Positions 29,100-42,591 of a stretch of 64,000 bases of DNA are shown here, piece after piece. The position numbers were made by a program, and so were the translations under genes. Source of the DNA: Eledone cirrhosa (lineage: Eukaryota); NCBI GenBank assembly GCA_964016885.1, contig OZ024742.1:224254001-224318000 (forward strand), in the 5' to 3' direction. A model generated the notes under the pieces. It saw nothing but the letters and a program-made list of their open reading frames with translations. It was not told the DNA's origin and ran no database searches. Position 1 is the first letter of the stretch. Each line of letters opens with the position of its first letter.

Positions 29100-29239
29100 A
29101 CCAAACTCGTCCCATGGACTGAGTGCTCTACTACTACGAATATAACCAACCCTCCACTGTTCTACTATTATATATATATATATATATATTACTCTTTTAC
29201 CTGTTTCAGCCATCCGGCTGAGGCCATGCTGGGGCACCG

Positions 29240-29280
<41 letters not shown>

Positions 29281-29286
<6 letters not shown>

Positions 29287-29669
29287 TAAAAAAAATTGTT
29301 TGAATCTTGCTTGCTCCGCTTATCTCAATTTTATAGTTCTGGTATGTCAAATTAATACCATATAACAACCGCCGCTGTATCATAGACACCCTATATATTT
29401 CCAGGGGTACTTAGTACCTGTGGGGATATTAACGATCCTGTGCTAGCTGGCAGATGGCAATATATTTTGCCGTTCCTGGGACTTTTTGTGCTAGGAAAGG
29501 AAAAATGCTCTCTGAAGATCTAAACTTTTCCATTGGAGGTCGCTAGGGATCTCCAATCTTTTGTGAAGTGAAACCGTCGGTAAAAGCAAATGGAATAGGT
29601 AAATATTTAAATTATATTTTTTAATTTATTAAAAAAAATTGTTAGAATCTTGCTTGCTCCGCTTATCTC

Positions 29670-29673
<4 letters not shown>
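29281..29673 (+). mobile_element. Terminally redundant 343-bp element between (TA)n tracts (retrozyme or Penelope pseudo-LTR-like)
   Basis: 50-bp direct repeats at 29281-29330 and 29624-29673; one hammerhead inside. Confidence 0.75.
29506..29588 (+). ncRNA. Type I hammerhead fold, family D, extended stem II
   Basis: TGCTCT/AAAGCA stem I (1 mismatch); CTGAAGA; stem II with inner ATTGGAGGTC/GATCTCCAAT helix; GAAA-CC-GTC-GG-TA. Confidence 0.7.
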
Positions 29674-29767
<94 letters not shown>

Positions 29768-29768
<1 letters not shown>

Positions 29769-29915
29769 TCTTCTATTATATTACTGGTTTCAGTCATTTG
29801 ACCGTTATCATACTTGTTTTAGACGACCATATCGATCCCAGTACTTAGTTTTGAAAGTTTAGGCTTATTTTATCGATCTCGCTTAATCGAACCATAAAGT
29901 TACGGGACATAATCA
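29768..29915 (-). mobile_element. SINE family 3
   Basis: GTTTCAGTCATTTGAC...ATCGATCCCAGTACTT...AAGTTACGGGAC. Confidence 0.6.
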
Positions 29916-30190
29916 CTGAGACACGTAAACAAACACACAGATACACACTCACACATACACACATATAAATATATAAGGAAAGGAATGGGTTGATCCTTAG
30001 ATGAGGCCAAGGAAATTATATTTCAATTGATCTTTCCATTGCTTATACTGCTTGTCTGTGGCAACTCTCGGGTGAGAGTGTTAGCATCTTTCCGGTAACA
30101 GGAGGCAGGATTTGAACTCAGAACGCAGACAACCAAAAATACGTCGTAAGGCATTTAATTCGGCACTCTAACTACTGGCAATTCGCCGCT

Positions 30191-30362
30191 ATTGGCAGTA
30201 TCGGTAGAGAGTCGGACACCATGCTTTGAAGCATGGGGTTACGTCCCTTTATGATCTGAGTTCAAATCCCGCCGAGGTTAACTTTGCCTTTCATCCTTAC
30301 GGCGTCGATAAAATAAGTACACTGGGTAATTGCTGGCCTTGTGCCAAAAGTAGAAACAATTA
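30191..30362 (+). mobile_element. SINE family 1, back-to-back with an older minus-strand SINE head (~30100-30190)
   Basis: Matches 16186-16374; B box GTTCAAATCC. Confidence 0.85.
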
Positions 30363-30462
30363 ATTAAACAAGTGACAAATGTCACGGAATTAGACACTAA
30401 CAAACCAGTAATTACTTTTACGAAGACATTTTTACTGACAGTATATCTAGGGTTACATTATA

Positions 30463-31093
30463 CGAGGGTCGGCTGAAAGGTTCATAGGCTGACTAAGATA
30501 CTCTCATGGAATGTGAGCAAATGAGGTTTATATTTCAAATTAGTCTCCCTTGCGGCCCACACACTTCTACCACCAGTGTTGCAGTGCTTGGATCCCATTA
30601 GTGAAGAAGCTTTCATCCTGTTGGTAAAAAATCATCAACAGCAAATATGACGTCATCATTGCGATACTGGTTCCCAGCCAAGTGTTTTTTTTTCATATTG
30701 GGGAATGATAGTCAGATGGGGCCAAATCAGGAGAATAATGAGGGTGATCAACCAGCTCAAAGCAACAGTCACGCACAACAGCCACTGAAAGCAATGACTT
30801 GTGCGCTGGAGCATGTCCTGATGAAATCAGACGCCTTTGGTCAGTTTTCCTGAGCCTTTGGTCTTGATAGCTTTTCGTAACTTCCTCAACAAGTTGGTGT
30901 AGCTGTTTTGAAGATAGTCAATAAATCAATGCCTTTTGCATCCCCCAAAACTGAAGCCATTACCTTCTTTGGAGCTGGTGAGGAGGGATGTTTCCACTGC
31001 ATGGAATGTCTCTTTGTCTTTGGCTCAAAGTGATGAACTCAACACTTATTCTCGGTTAGAAAGCGTTAAAGAAAATCAGTTGAATCTGCCTCA
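30463..31093 (-). mobile_element. Mariner transposon 3' half; decayed DD34D-type transposase and one TIR
   Basis: YSPDLAPSDY at 30708-30737, FHQD..APAHKS, VHHFEPKTKRHSMQWKHPSSPAPKK; TA|CGAGGGTCGGCTGAAAGG terminus; stops and frameshifts. Confidence 0.93.
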
Positions 31094-31094
31094 A

Positions 31095-31188
31095 ATAATT
31101 GTTTCTACTTTTTGGCACAAGGCCAGCAATTATCCCAGTGCATTACTGGTACTTTATTTTATCGACCCCGTAAGGATGAAAGGCGGGA
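31095..31188 (-). mobile_element. SINE family 1 3' part, abutting the truncated mariner
   Basis: Reverse complement of the SINE 3' end. Confidence 0.8.
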
Positions 31189-31312
31189 TAATGTAAGATT
31201 TTCTCGTTTTCTGCCTTTCCATTTTTTAAAAAGTACGATGATTAGAAGTGTATTTGGCTGTTATTTTTAGCATGTCGACTGATAATATAAAATATTTCTT
31301 GTTGGCAAAAGT

Positions 31313-31388
31313 TTTGTTGTTGCTGTTATAGTTGTTACTGTTGTTGCTGCTGGAGTTGTTGCTGCTGTTGTTACAATTTCTGTTGTTA

Positions 31389-31423
<35 letters not shown>

Positions 31424-31548
31424 ACGGCTGTTGCTGCTGCTGTTGTTGCTGCTGTTGTTGCTTCTGCTGTTGCTGCTGTTGCTGCTGCTGTTGTTGTTGC
31501 TGTTGTTACTGTTGTTGTTGCTGTTGCTGTTGCTGCTGTTGTTAACAT

Positions 31549-31583
<35 letters not shown>

Positions 31584-32357
31584 TTGCTGCTGACGTTGTT
31601 GCTGCTGTTGTTGCTTCTGCTGTTGCTGCTGTTGCTGCTGTTGCGTTGTTGTTGCTGTTGTTGTTACCATTGTTGTTGTTACTGTTGCTGCTGCTGTTGC
31701 TGCTGCCGTTGCTGCTGCTGTTGCTGCTGTTGTTACTGCTGTTGTTGCTGCTGTTGTTGCTTCTGCTGTTGTTGCTGTTGCTGCTGCTGTTGTTGCTTCT
31801 GCTGTTGCTGCTGCTGTTGTTGCTGCTGTTGTTGCTTCTGCTGTTGCTGCTGTTGTTGTTGCTGTTGTTGCTTCTGCTGTTGCTGCTGCTGTTGTTGCTG
31901 CTGTTGTTTCTTCTGCTGTTGTTGCTGCTGTTGTTGCTTCTGCTGTTGCTGCTGCTGTTGTTGCTGCTGTTGCTGCTGCTGTTGTTGCTTCTGCTGTTGC
32001 TGCTGCTGTTGTTGCTGCTGTTGTTGCTTCTGCTGTTGCTGCTGCTGTTGTTGCTGCTGTTGTTGCTGCTGTTGCTGCTGCTGTTGTTGCTTCTGCTGTT
32101 GCTGCTGCTGTTGTTGCTGCTGTTGTTTCTTCTGCTGTTGTTGCTGCTGTTGTTGCTTCTGCTGTTGCTGTTGCTGTTGTTGCTGCTGTTGTTGCTGCTG
32201 TTGTTGCTTCTGCTGTTGTTGCTGCTATTGTTGCTTCTGCTGTTGCTGCTGCTGTTGCTGCTGCTGTTGTTGCTGCTGTTGTTGTTGCTGTTGTTGTTGC
32301 TGCTGTTGTTGCTGCTGTTGTTGCTGCTGTTGTTGCTGCTGTTGTTGCTGCTGTTGT

Positions 32358-32388
<31 letters not shown>

Positions 32389-32770
32389 GCTGTTGTTGCT
32401 GCTGTTGTTGCTGCTGTTGTTGCTGCTGCTGTTGTTGTTTCTGCTGTTGCTGCTGTTGTTGTTGCTTCTGCTGTTGCTGCTTCTGTTGTTGCTTCTGCTG
32501 TTGCTGCTGTTGTTGTTGCTTCTGCTGTTGTTGCTGCTGTTGTTGCTGCTGTTGTTGCTGCTTCTGCTGTTGTTGCTGTTGTTGTTGCTGCTTCTGCTGT
32601 TGTTGCTGTTGTTGTTGCTGCTTCTGCTGTTGTTGCTGCTGTTGTTGCTGCTTCTGCTGTTGTTGCTTCTGTTGTTGTTGCTTCTGCTGTTGCTGCTGTT
32701 GTTGCTGCTTCTGCTGTTGCTGCTGTTGCTGCTGCTGTGTTACCATAGTCGTTGTTACTGCCGTTGTTAA
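31313..32770. repeat. 1.45-kb cryptic (GCT/GTT)n trinucleotide array
   Basis: Direct reading; gives poly-L/C/Q ORFs and a Thr/Ala frame on the minus strand. Confidence 0.95.
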
Positions 32771-32874
32771 TAGTGTTGATTATGGCAGTTTGTAATAAAA
32801 CATGCTAAGAGTAAGGAGACGCGCTCATTTTTTATACATATGAATGTTTTTCTCACGTTACTACCTAGTGCTTC

Positions 32875-32955
32875 ATACATACACATATACATACAGGCAT
32901 ACGAACATACACACACACACTCAACATATGCACATACACATACTGACATACGAAG

Positions 32956-32991
<36 letters not shown>

Positions 32992-33056
32992 ACACACACA
33001 CACACTCACACACACACACACTCAATATATGCACATACACATACTGACATACGAAG

Positions 33057-33144
<88 letters not shown>

Positions 33145-34121
33145 AATATATGCACATACACATACTGACATACGAAGATACACACACACACACTCAATAT
33201 ATGCACATACACATACAGACGCGCACATATGCACACACACACACACACACACACTCAATACATACATATACATACAGACATACTCACATATGCACACATA
33301 CACACTCAATGCATACACATATACATACAGACATACGCACATATGCACACACAATCACTCAATACATACACATATACATATAGACACGCACATATGCACA
33401 CACACACTCACACAATACATACACATATACGTACAAACATACATACGCTCATAAGCACACAATCAAACACACTCAATACATACACATATAGGTACAGACA
33501 TGCGCACATAAGCACACATACACACACACACTCAATACATACACATATACGTACAGACATGCGCACATAAGCACACATACACACACACACTCAATACATA
33601 CACATATAGGTACAGACATGCGCACATAAGCACACATACACACACACACTCAATACATACACATATACGTACAAACATACGCTCATATGCACACAATCAC
33701 ACATACTCAATACATACACATATACGTATAGACATGCGCACATAAGCACACATACACACTCAATACATACACATATATACATACAGGCATACGCACATAT
33801 GCACACAAACACCCACGCATACACATATACATACATACACAAATACATACACACATATGCACACACACACACGCACACTCACTCAATACATACACATATA
33901 CATACACACACATAAATACACACTTACACGCATACATAGACACCACACACATCCTCTACATCTTCGCACACACCACATTACTTCTTAAGACAACCAAATT
34001 CCATCTATTGAATGAAATATTCTTCCAAAATCTCACAATACGCAATGTGTGTGTATGTGTGTATGTCTATGTATGTGTATGTGTATGTTTAGATGTGGGT
34101 GTATTTGCTATACTCACGCAT

Positions 34122-34161
<40 letters not shown>

Positions 34162-34351
34162 GCATATATATATATATACACACATATATATACATGTATG
34201 TACATATACACTTATATATATATTTATATACATATATAAACATATATGCATACATGCGTATAAATGTATGTATGCATGTATGTATGTATATATGTATACA
34301 CATATATATATATACATACATATGTGTATGCATATATACATAATAAATTAT

Positions 34352-34395
<44 letters not shown>

Positions 34396-34450
34396 GTATA
34401 TATATATATGTGTGTGTGTATATATATATGTGTGAGTGTGTGTGTCTGTA
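32875..34450. repeat. (CA)/(TA)-derived minisatellite (CACTCAATACATACACATATAC... units) and microsatellites
   Basis: Direct reading. Confidence 0.85.
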
Positions 34451-34759
34451 TGTGTAAGTTTTTAAAAACCCATTATCTTTCTATAACAATATTTTAGTGG
34501 CATTTATTGCCATATTACCATTGTGAACCGAACGTGCGAAAAAAAACAAAAGAACAACAAAATAAACAAACAAACAAACAACAACAACAACAAAAAAAAA
34601 ACAACAAATTCTGAGAAAAAAAAAATGTCAAAACCACAATAACAGCAACATGAGCCATCACAGAAACCTACTTCTAACAACTATAATGGATTTTTCGAAA
34701 ATGGTGTCATTAATATTTTTATTGGTCAGTTTTACTATGGAAATAATTCAACCCCAGAA

Positions 34760-35235
34760 ATAAGGACAATGACGATAGCATTTGCAGAAGTTTTATTTTT
34801 AATAGGACAATGAACGTATCATTTGCTGAAGTTTTATTTCAAAAAGTACATTCACAGCACCACTTGCAAAAGTTTTATCTTAAAAAAGGACATTCAGAGC
34901 AGCATTCTGGTGAATTTTATTTTTTAAGGACATTCACAGTAGCGCTTCTAGTAGTTATATTTATATTTAAAAATAGACACACAGAGTAGCTCTTGAAGTA
35001 GTTATATTTTAAAAAGATATCCGCAGCAACACTTGCAATAGTGATATTTTATAAGAACAATTCCAGTAACATTTGCAGTTTTTATTTGTTTTTAAGAAGT
35101 GTAATCGCAAAAACGTTTTTATTTTAAATAGGAAAATTAAAGTAGCACTTGTAAAAATTTTATTTTAAAAAGAATAAAGATAATATATCATTTTCCGAAG
35201 TCGCAGTAGCTCTTTCAGAAGTTTTATTTCAAAAT
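34760..35235. repeat. Degenerate ~42-bp tandem repeat (GGACATTCACAGTAGCACTTGCAGAAGTTTTATTTT-like)
   Basis: Recurrent AGTT(T/A)TATTT roughly every 42 bp. Confidence 0.75.
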
Positions 35236-35383
35236 ACTTTCTTTGGTATGCATGGTCCTGTAACTCCTGATAGTCGTTGGGGCGCCATATTGACGGCGTT
35301 TCTTAGGCATTTTAAGCTTGGCGGAGCCCACCCCTCTTCAGGCCTGAGAAGAGTAGATTTCTTCCAGAGAAAGATAGAAAGTG

Positions 35384-35477
<94 letters not shown>

Positions 35478-35607
35478 AAAAGAGATATAGAGGAAGAATC
35501 GATCCCAGTACTAGACTGGTACTTTTTCTATCGACCCCGAAAGGACAAAAAACAATGAGAGAAAAGAAACAAAACCTTGACGAAGTATACAAAATAAATG
35601 AAATATA

Positions 35608-35782
35608 AATAATGGTTTCTTATATAGGCACAAGGCCAGTAATTTGGGGGGAGGGGAAAGTCGATTAAATCGACCCAGTGCGTGACTGGTACTTTATTTT
35701 ATCGACCCCATAAGGATGAAAGGCAAAGTTAACCTCGGCGGGATTTGAACTCAGAATGGCAGGGTCCGTAACTCTATGCGTC
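35608..35782 (-). mobile_element. SINE family 1
   Basis: GGATGAAAGGCAAAGTTAACCTCGGCGGGATTTGAACTC. Confidence 0.85.
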
Positions 35783-36546
35783 AATTCGAAATACAGTTAA
35801 TAAATGAATATAAAACATTAATAATAAATAAATGTAAAATGTGCTAAAATGATAAAATATTGTGTGGTGTGCTCATGCGCGGAGTTGCTATAAAATAGCT
35901 TATAAAATAGGGTGAAGACCCTTAGTGACGGAGAAAGAAGTTGTCATCGGTGTTTATTTACTTTGAGGTTTCGCCGAAGCTATTGGCTTATCCAAATAGT
36001 TTTGTGTGTAACCGCAGATACAGTGGTAAGCTAGTGTGTTTATTTGAGGGAGGAGTTGACAACGTATGTCCATCATCTCTAATAATGTTCCCAACCAACG
36101 AAGGAGCTTTTATGCAGTCACTCTACCTGTTAGAAATAACAGCTAAGTCTCTCTTAAGCTATATCCTAAAGAAATAATTATAAAATGTAGTTCTAGATGG
36201 CCCCAAAACCAAAGTATGGTCACGGCTGGAACGACTTTAAATCAGTGGTTCCCAGTCTTTCCACCACAAAGAACCCCTTTTATTTAAATTAATTTTTTAG
36301 GTACCCTCGCTACAGCTATCCCCTACCCCAAATATTGTTATGCAGGGAACATAACGATCAAAAAGAGAAATTTGAATAATAAATTAACTTAGAATTAACG
36401 ACTTCAAAACATGGGTTTTACTATGAAAATAGTCTAAGTTGGGCATATAAGCTACTGTATATAGAAAACAAAGTGGATCGCGTTACCAGTGGGACTGGAG
36501 CTCACACGTGTCTCATACTGTGCGGAGGTGCTACCAAACTGAGACT

Positions 36547-37013
36547 GGCCACTCTTTTCCGTATTTTAAACTTTATTAATTAACCAGAAATGTAAATAAA
36601 CAATCTATTTTTAGAACCGTTGAGCATATTAAAAATCTGAATATTAAGTTAACTTAGAGTTAACGGTTTCCACGAACGTTTTTTTACTATAAAAGATTTT
36701 CTAAGGGGTTTACATACCCAACTTATTAGACTGGTTTGTATATTCAAAATTCGTAACTCGCTCAATGGTTCTAAAAGTAGATTGTTTATGAAAAAAGAAA
36801 AATGTTTATAAAGAGAAGCCTGCAAAAATGTTCCTCTGATGACATCGTATCGTCTTTTAAAAAAGTGAAACGACACAATATAATCCAATATATGTGTGTT
36901 ATGTTTTTTACAAAGTACTTGAAATTTGGAACTTAGCTCACATATTGCACCCATCTGTACTACTGTTACAAGCCTCCAAAGATCTAAGGACCTGTTTTAA
37001 ACAAAGAGTGGCT
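36547..37013. mobile_element. Probable non-autonomous DNA transposon with internal inverted repeats
   Basis: CCACTCTTT/AAAGAGTGG outer ends; ~48-bp inverted pair at 36597-36644 and 36740-36788. Confidence 0.45.
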
Positions 37014-37386
37014 CGACCTCTGTTGATCTAGACATAAACAGCAACAAAACTGCTAGAGACAGCAGCTAAATTCCCATAGTCTCATAAAAGGAATGACAAA
37101 ATATTTGATATTTTAATCCGAAATATACTATATCCGAATAAGAATAAATAAATAAAAGAAGGATATGTGTATAATTATTCAATAGTCACACATGGTTTGA
37201 TTGCAAACACTTTTACTAAGCTACGTAATTATTTATTTACATCTGCCCTGATCTCTGTCTATCTGTCTGTCCACCCTCTCATTCGCTATATATAAATATA
37301 TATATGTACACATTTATATATATATATATACACATAAGTTTTGTTCTTTTACTGATTTCAGTCATTAGAATGGACCCATGCTGGGT

Positions 37387-37450
<64 letters not shown>

Positions 37451-37507
37451 ACGATATAGTAATACATTAATATTATATAAATATATGCACAAACTTCATC
37501 TGCGAAC

Positions 37508-37548
<41 letters not shown>

Positions 37549-37652
37549 AATATATAAGTGACATTTGTCAAAATCATTTCATAGCTCATTGGTACCATTT
37601 GAAAGCTTTGTTCTGCTCCATCTCCTTACTGGAAATGTGTTAATAGGGGATG

Positions 37653-37708
<56 letters not shown>

Positions 37709-37842
37709 CATACATGCATATATACATACATATGTACGTACATACATACATACACATATATATATATATATATTAATCATATCGGTTAACCGAAGCGTAA
37801 GCCATATTGCAATTAGTCTTCTCTGTAATACTGGCATTACTA

Positions 37843-37961
<119 letters not shown>

Positions 37962-38017
37962 TAAATAAATAAAACAAGAAACAAAACAAAAACAAACTAA
38001 TTTGTGACTGTTTTTCT

Positions 38018-38300
38018 ATGGTGTTATACAGCCTAGTGGTTAAGGTGCTGGGTACGCGATAGTTGGGTTCGACTCCTCGACTGGGCGGCAAGTTGTGTTT
38101 TTGAGCCACACACACTTCCTTTCACGTTGCTTCGGGTCACTCATGTTGCTTCGGGTCAATAGCAGCCTGGAATTTATCTAGCGATGGACTAGCGTCCAGT
38201 CCAGGGTAAATTCTTGCTTTTTCAGTCGATTAACACCAATGAAACCACGCTAAGCTCCAGCCTGATATGTCTCCAGGCTGGTTATAGACTTTAACTTTTT
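38018..38300 (+). mobile_element. SINE family 2-type
   Basis: A box AGCCTAGTGGTTAAGG, B box GGTTCGACTCC, then GTGTTTTTGAGC core. Confidence 0.7.
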
Positions 38301-38390
38301 TATACCCGAAAGCTGATGATGATTATGATAATGATTATTATGATGATGGTGATGGCTGTGGTGTTGGTGGTGGTGGTGGTGGTGATGATA

Positions 38391-38522
38391 ATAATTGTTT
38401 CTACTTTTGGCACAAGGCCAGCAACCAACCAGTGCATTACTGGTACTTTATTTCATCGACCCCGTAAAGGGACGTAACTATGCTAGAAAGCATGGCGTCT
38501 GACCCTCTACCGACACCGCCCT
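38391..38522 (-). mobile_element. SINE family 1 with internal deletion
   Basis: Head and tail match 16186-16374 in reverse; the middle is missing. Confidence 0.75.
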
Positions 38523-39219
38523 TGTGGTGATGATAATAATGACGACGACAATCACGTACATGTTAATTCATGAGTCGGCTGCTCAGTTGATGAAACGATC
38601 GAATGCTCTTCGTCAGAATAGACGGAGGATCCACCAACCTCATTTGATGCAACCAATGGGAAAGCTACATATCATCTTGGTAAATTTGATGCAATCAATA
38701 GCAAAGTGACACGCCATATTAGTGTATTTGCCACTATCAATGGCAACATGTCACATCATTGTTAGTGTATTTGATCAAGTGGTTCGTGTATCGGACTCTC
38801 ACCATAATATCGTGGGTTCATTTCTTGGACCAGATGGCACGTTGTGTCCTTCAGCTAAACGCTTCATTTCACGTTGCTTTTCGTGGTAGGAGTCGGACCC
38901 CTATAATTAAAACACCCGATAAACCTGCTATGAGATATAATCTCATAGAAGACCAACTAAACCTATATAGGCGTGAACTGTAACAACAACACACATAGGT
39001 GTCTGTGGGATATAATTGGGGCTCATATTATGAAAACACCCACGAAACCTCCTATGTGATGCAATGAGTGTCAGTTGTAACAACAACATGATAAGATTAG
39101 GGGCCTTGTGATTAAAACACCGAAGACACCTACTATGAGATACAACCTCGATGGAGGATAGAGAAATCTGCATAGGCATTTCATCTTATCATTTGACACA
39201 ACGAATAGCAAAGGGATAT

Positions 39220-39745
39220 ATCGTGTTAGTGTAGTTGATATAATCAAAACGTAAAGTGTCACGTCATATTGATGTCGTTGATATAACCAACCATAAACTG
39301 ACACGTCATATTGGTGTAGTTGATATAACCTATCATAAGCTAACGCGTCATATTGATGTAGTTGATATAGCCAATCATAAACTAACACGTCATATCGGTG
39401 TAGTTGATACAACCAGTTTTAAAATAACACGTCATATTGGTGTAGTTGATATAACCAATGAATAACTGACACGTCATATTGGTGTAGTTGATATAACCAA
39501 TCGTAAACTGGCACGTCATATTGATGTAGTTGATATAGCCAATCATAAACTAACACGTCATATTGATGTAGTTGCTATAACCAATGATAAACTGACACGT
39601 CATATTGGTGTAGTTGATATAACCAATCGTAAACTGGCACGTCATATTGATGTAGTTGATATAGCCAATCATAAACTAACACGTCATATTGATGTAGTTG
39701 CTATAACCAGTTTTAAACTGACACGCCATCTTAGTTTATTGGTGT
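39220..39745. repeat. 42-bp minisatellite (ACACGTCATATTGGTGTAGTTGATATAACCAATCATAAACTG), about 12 copies
   Basis: Period 42 (39301 and 39343). Confidence 0.95.
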
Positions 39746-39949
39746 ATTCGACACAACCGATGGCATTTCATAGTCTGTCAATTGAAATCTCGGATAAATT
39801 ATCGCTTGTGTCTCACCAAGAAATCGTTATTATGCAATCTATCGATATCCTGTCTATAAAGAGACTCTTTTATTGAAGCAGTTTGGGAAACAACAGCACT
39901 GAAATAAACAGTGGCCGCGTTAACGACAGCGGTGGCTACTGGAGTGGAA

Positions 39950-40455
39950 ACATGAACAACAACAACAGCAACAACAGCAATTACAACAAGAATAACAGCA
40001 ACAATAAAAACAGGAACAACAACAACGACAATGGCCATAACAACGGATACAACGACCACAGCAACAACATCAGCAACAACGACAACAACGACGATCACGA
40101 CAATAGAAACAACAGAAACACTACCACCATCACCACCACCACTACCACCACCACCACCACTACCATCACCACCACTACCACTACCACCAACACTACCACC
40201 ACCACCACCACCACCACCACCACCACCACCACCACCACCACCACCACCATCACCAGCAGCAGCAACAATAATTACGGCAACAACAAAAACAACTGCAACT
40301 CCAACAATGACGATTACCAAAACAAAAACAACAACGACTACGACGACTATAACAACAACAACAACAACAACAACAATAACATCAACAACAACAAGAATGA
40401 CGACGACCACAGCAACATCAGCTACAGAACAACATAATCAATATCACCACCAACA
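39950..40455. repeat. (AAC)n/(ACC)n trinucleotide array
   Basis: Direct reading. Confidence 0.9.
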
Positions 40456-41039
40456 ATAAGCAGTGATCAACGTTGGTATTCAATATGGCCGCTAGAAACT
40501 TGATCTGACTGAAACTGTCTCTCTCGTGACCGGAAGTGAGTGAAGAGCATTAACAGGAATAAACAGCCATGTTTCACTACTTCACTCTCACAGAGAACTC
40601 GCTCATTTACAGCCACCGGGGGGAAAGTATATAATTAATAGGAGAGCTTCAATAGTGAGGGGAGAGCACTCAAATTAACTACATCCGCTAGCAAGTTTAC
40701 AGCGACACATCTCATTAGCTCTCTCGCTCTCACTTTCTCACTTTTTCTCTGTCTTTCTATCTGTTTCTTTTCTTCTCTCTTTCTTTTCTTCTCTCTTTCT
40801 CTCTATAGCTGTCTGTTTCTCGTTTTCTATAACTGTCTCTCTGTCTGTTTCTCCTCCTCTTTCCCATTCTCTCTCTCTTTCCCTCATTTAATTCTTTTCT
40901 CTATAATCACTACCAACATTATATGCTCGACGTTGGCTGACAGATCGATAAACACTGTGGAGGAAGCTAAGTATATCGAGCTGTTAAAAACATCACCGCC
41001 ACCACCAACACAGCATCAAATTTTTTTTTTTTGTGTGGT

Positions 41040-41200
41040 AGGGAGTCGATTAAATTGACCTCAGTACTTGACTGGTACTTTATTTTATCCTGCCCGAAAG
41101 AATGAAAGGCAAGTTAATCTCACTAAGAATTGAACCCAGAACGTAAAGAGCCGGGAGAAATACTGCAAAACCTTTTATATGACGTCACAACGATTCTGTT
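41040..41200 (-). mobile_element. SINE family 1-related, diverged
   Basis: GACTGGTACTTTATTTTATC...GAATGAAAGGCAAG. Confidence 0.7.
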
Positions 41201-41439
41201 AATCCAAATAATGGTTTATTATTCAAGCACAAAACCAGCAATTTAATTATGTATAGATGGGTGGGGGCATTGAACTGATTCAATGCTTGACTGTTACTAG
41301 AAATATGATAGGCAAAGTTTACCTCAGCGGGATACGAACTCAGAACTTATAAAGCCAGAACAAATTAGAATAGATTGAATGTCAACATAAGGTAGGTATA
41401 ACTGCAGTTTTTGAATTAGAAGCCTTTTTGTGACACAAA

Positions 41440-41772
41440 ATGGCTGAATGGATAAGAAGTTTGGTCCCGGGTTCGATTCTGCTGAGTGATATCTTGGGCA
41501 AGTGTCATTTACCATGACTTCGGATTGACCCATACCTTGTGAGTGAAATTGGGTAGACGGAAACTCTTTGGAAGCGTATCGGGTTGACTATACATGCAAT
41601 TCAAAAAACATCCTTGTCACATATTGTATCACTCTGAAGCTATCTAAAAATTACGTTACGGGTACACATGTCCATGGAAAGCTCAGTTATTTACGCGTTA
41701 CTTTTATGAGCAGGCTGTTTCGTTGATCGAACAGCTGGGAGACACTCATCAACGAAAGCGACGGAGGTCCAT
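41440..41772 (+). mobile_element. SINE family 2-related
   Basis: TGGCTGAATGG A box, GGTTCGATTC B box, CTTGGGCAAGTGTC core. Confidence 0.65.
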
Positions 41773-42591
41773 TAAATTTACCTTAAATTATATAATTTAG
41801 GCATAAGGCAAACAATTTTGAAGCGAGAGAATCAAAAGCAAAGTTGGCCATGGCGGCATTTGAACGTAAATGACTGTAATTACGTGTTACAAAGTATTTT
41901 GTCCGACGTTCTAACGATTCTGCCAAATCTCCACCCACTACCTTAGATTTTAAAATAAGAGAATGTTATCACAAAGCTATCCTTTAAGGGAGTTTGTTAT
42001 CTGATCCCCTATGTTTCCCAGTCTGTATTTCTTTTGGGAATATCCCCATTGATAAGTCCTTCACTGGACTTTGCAAATAGTTGTGAAATTCAAATAAAAA
42101 GGGGTGGGTATGGAGTGGTAGTTCCTCCTCATGAGAGACTGGCATTCCTTTCCACAGGAAATGGACTCGTCCTTGCCAGAGAATGTCTGATTGAGAAGAC
42201 ATTTGATCATCGCAGGTGTCCCATTATTAACCAAGCAAGGACGACAGGTTGGTAGTATCGGGTTGCAGTATTTAGTTACGACTTTCTACGTTCAGAGTTC
42301 AGATTCCACCGAAGTCAGCCTTGCATTTCATCTTTCTAGATTCGATAACATAAAGCAGTTAAGTAATTTGGTCGATATAATCGACTTTGCCCTTTACCCA
42401 AATTACTGGTTTTCTCCCGATGTTAAAAATAATTATTAACCAGGCCATGTATTTATATGTTGAGGCGTTCCATTATTGATCAGGCCGTTACTTTGTATGA
42501 ACTTCATATTTTTTTTAAATTCAAGATGGTGGTGTGGTAAAGAGAGGGAGATTTGATAGCTATTTCAAGCAAGATGAGCGACCACTTAGTC

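Noticed and set aside
35285-35345. Minus-strand CTGAAGA...GAAACGCCGTC
   Set aside because: No stem I and a poor stem II; probably chance.
36243-36300. hAT-like left end CAGTGGTTCCCA
   Set aside because: No partner TIR found, so the element cannot be delimited.
36835-36885. CTGATGA...GAAAC
   Set aside because: No stems and no cleavage triplet.
39071-39465. 14-aa repeat ORFs
   Set aside because: 42-bp minisatellite with stops in later units.
39799-40459. Poly-N/T/P/G ORFs
   Set aside because: (AAC)n/(ACC)n microsatellite read-through.
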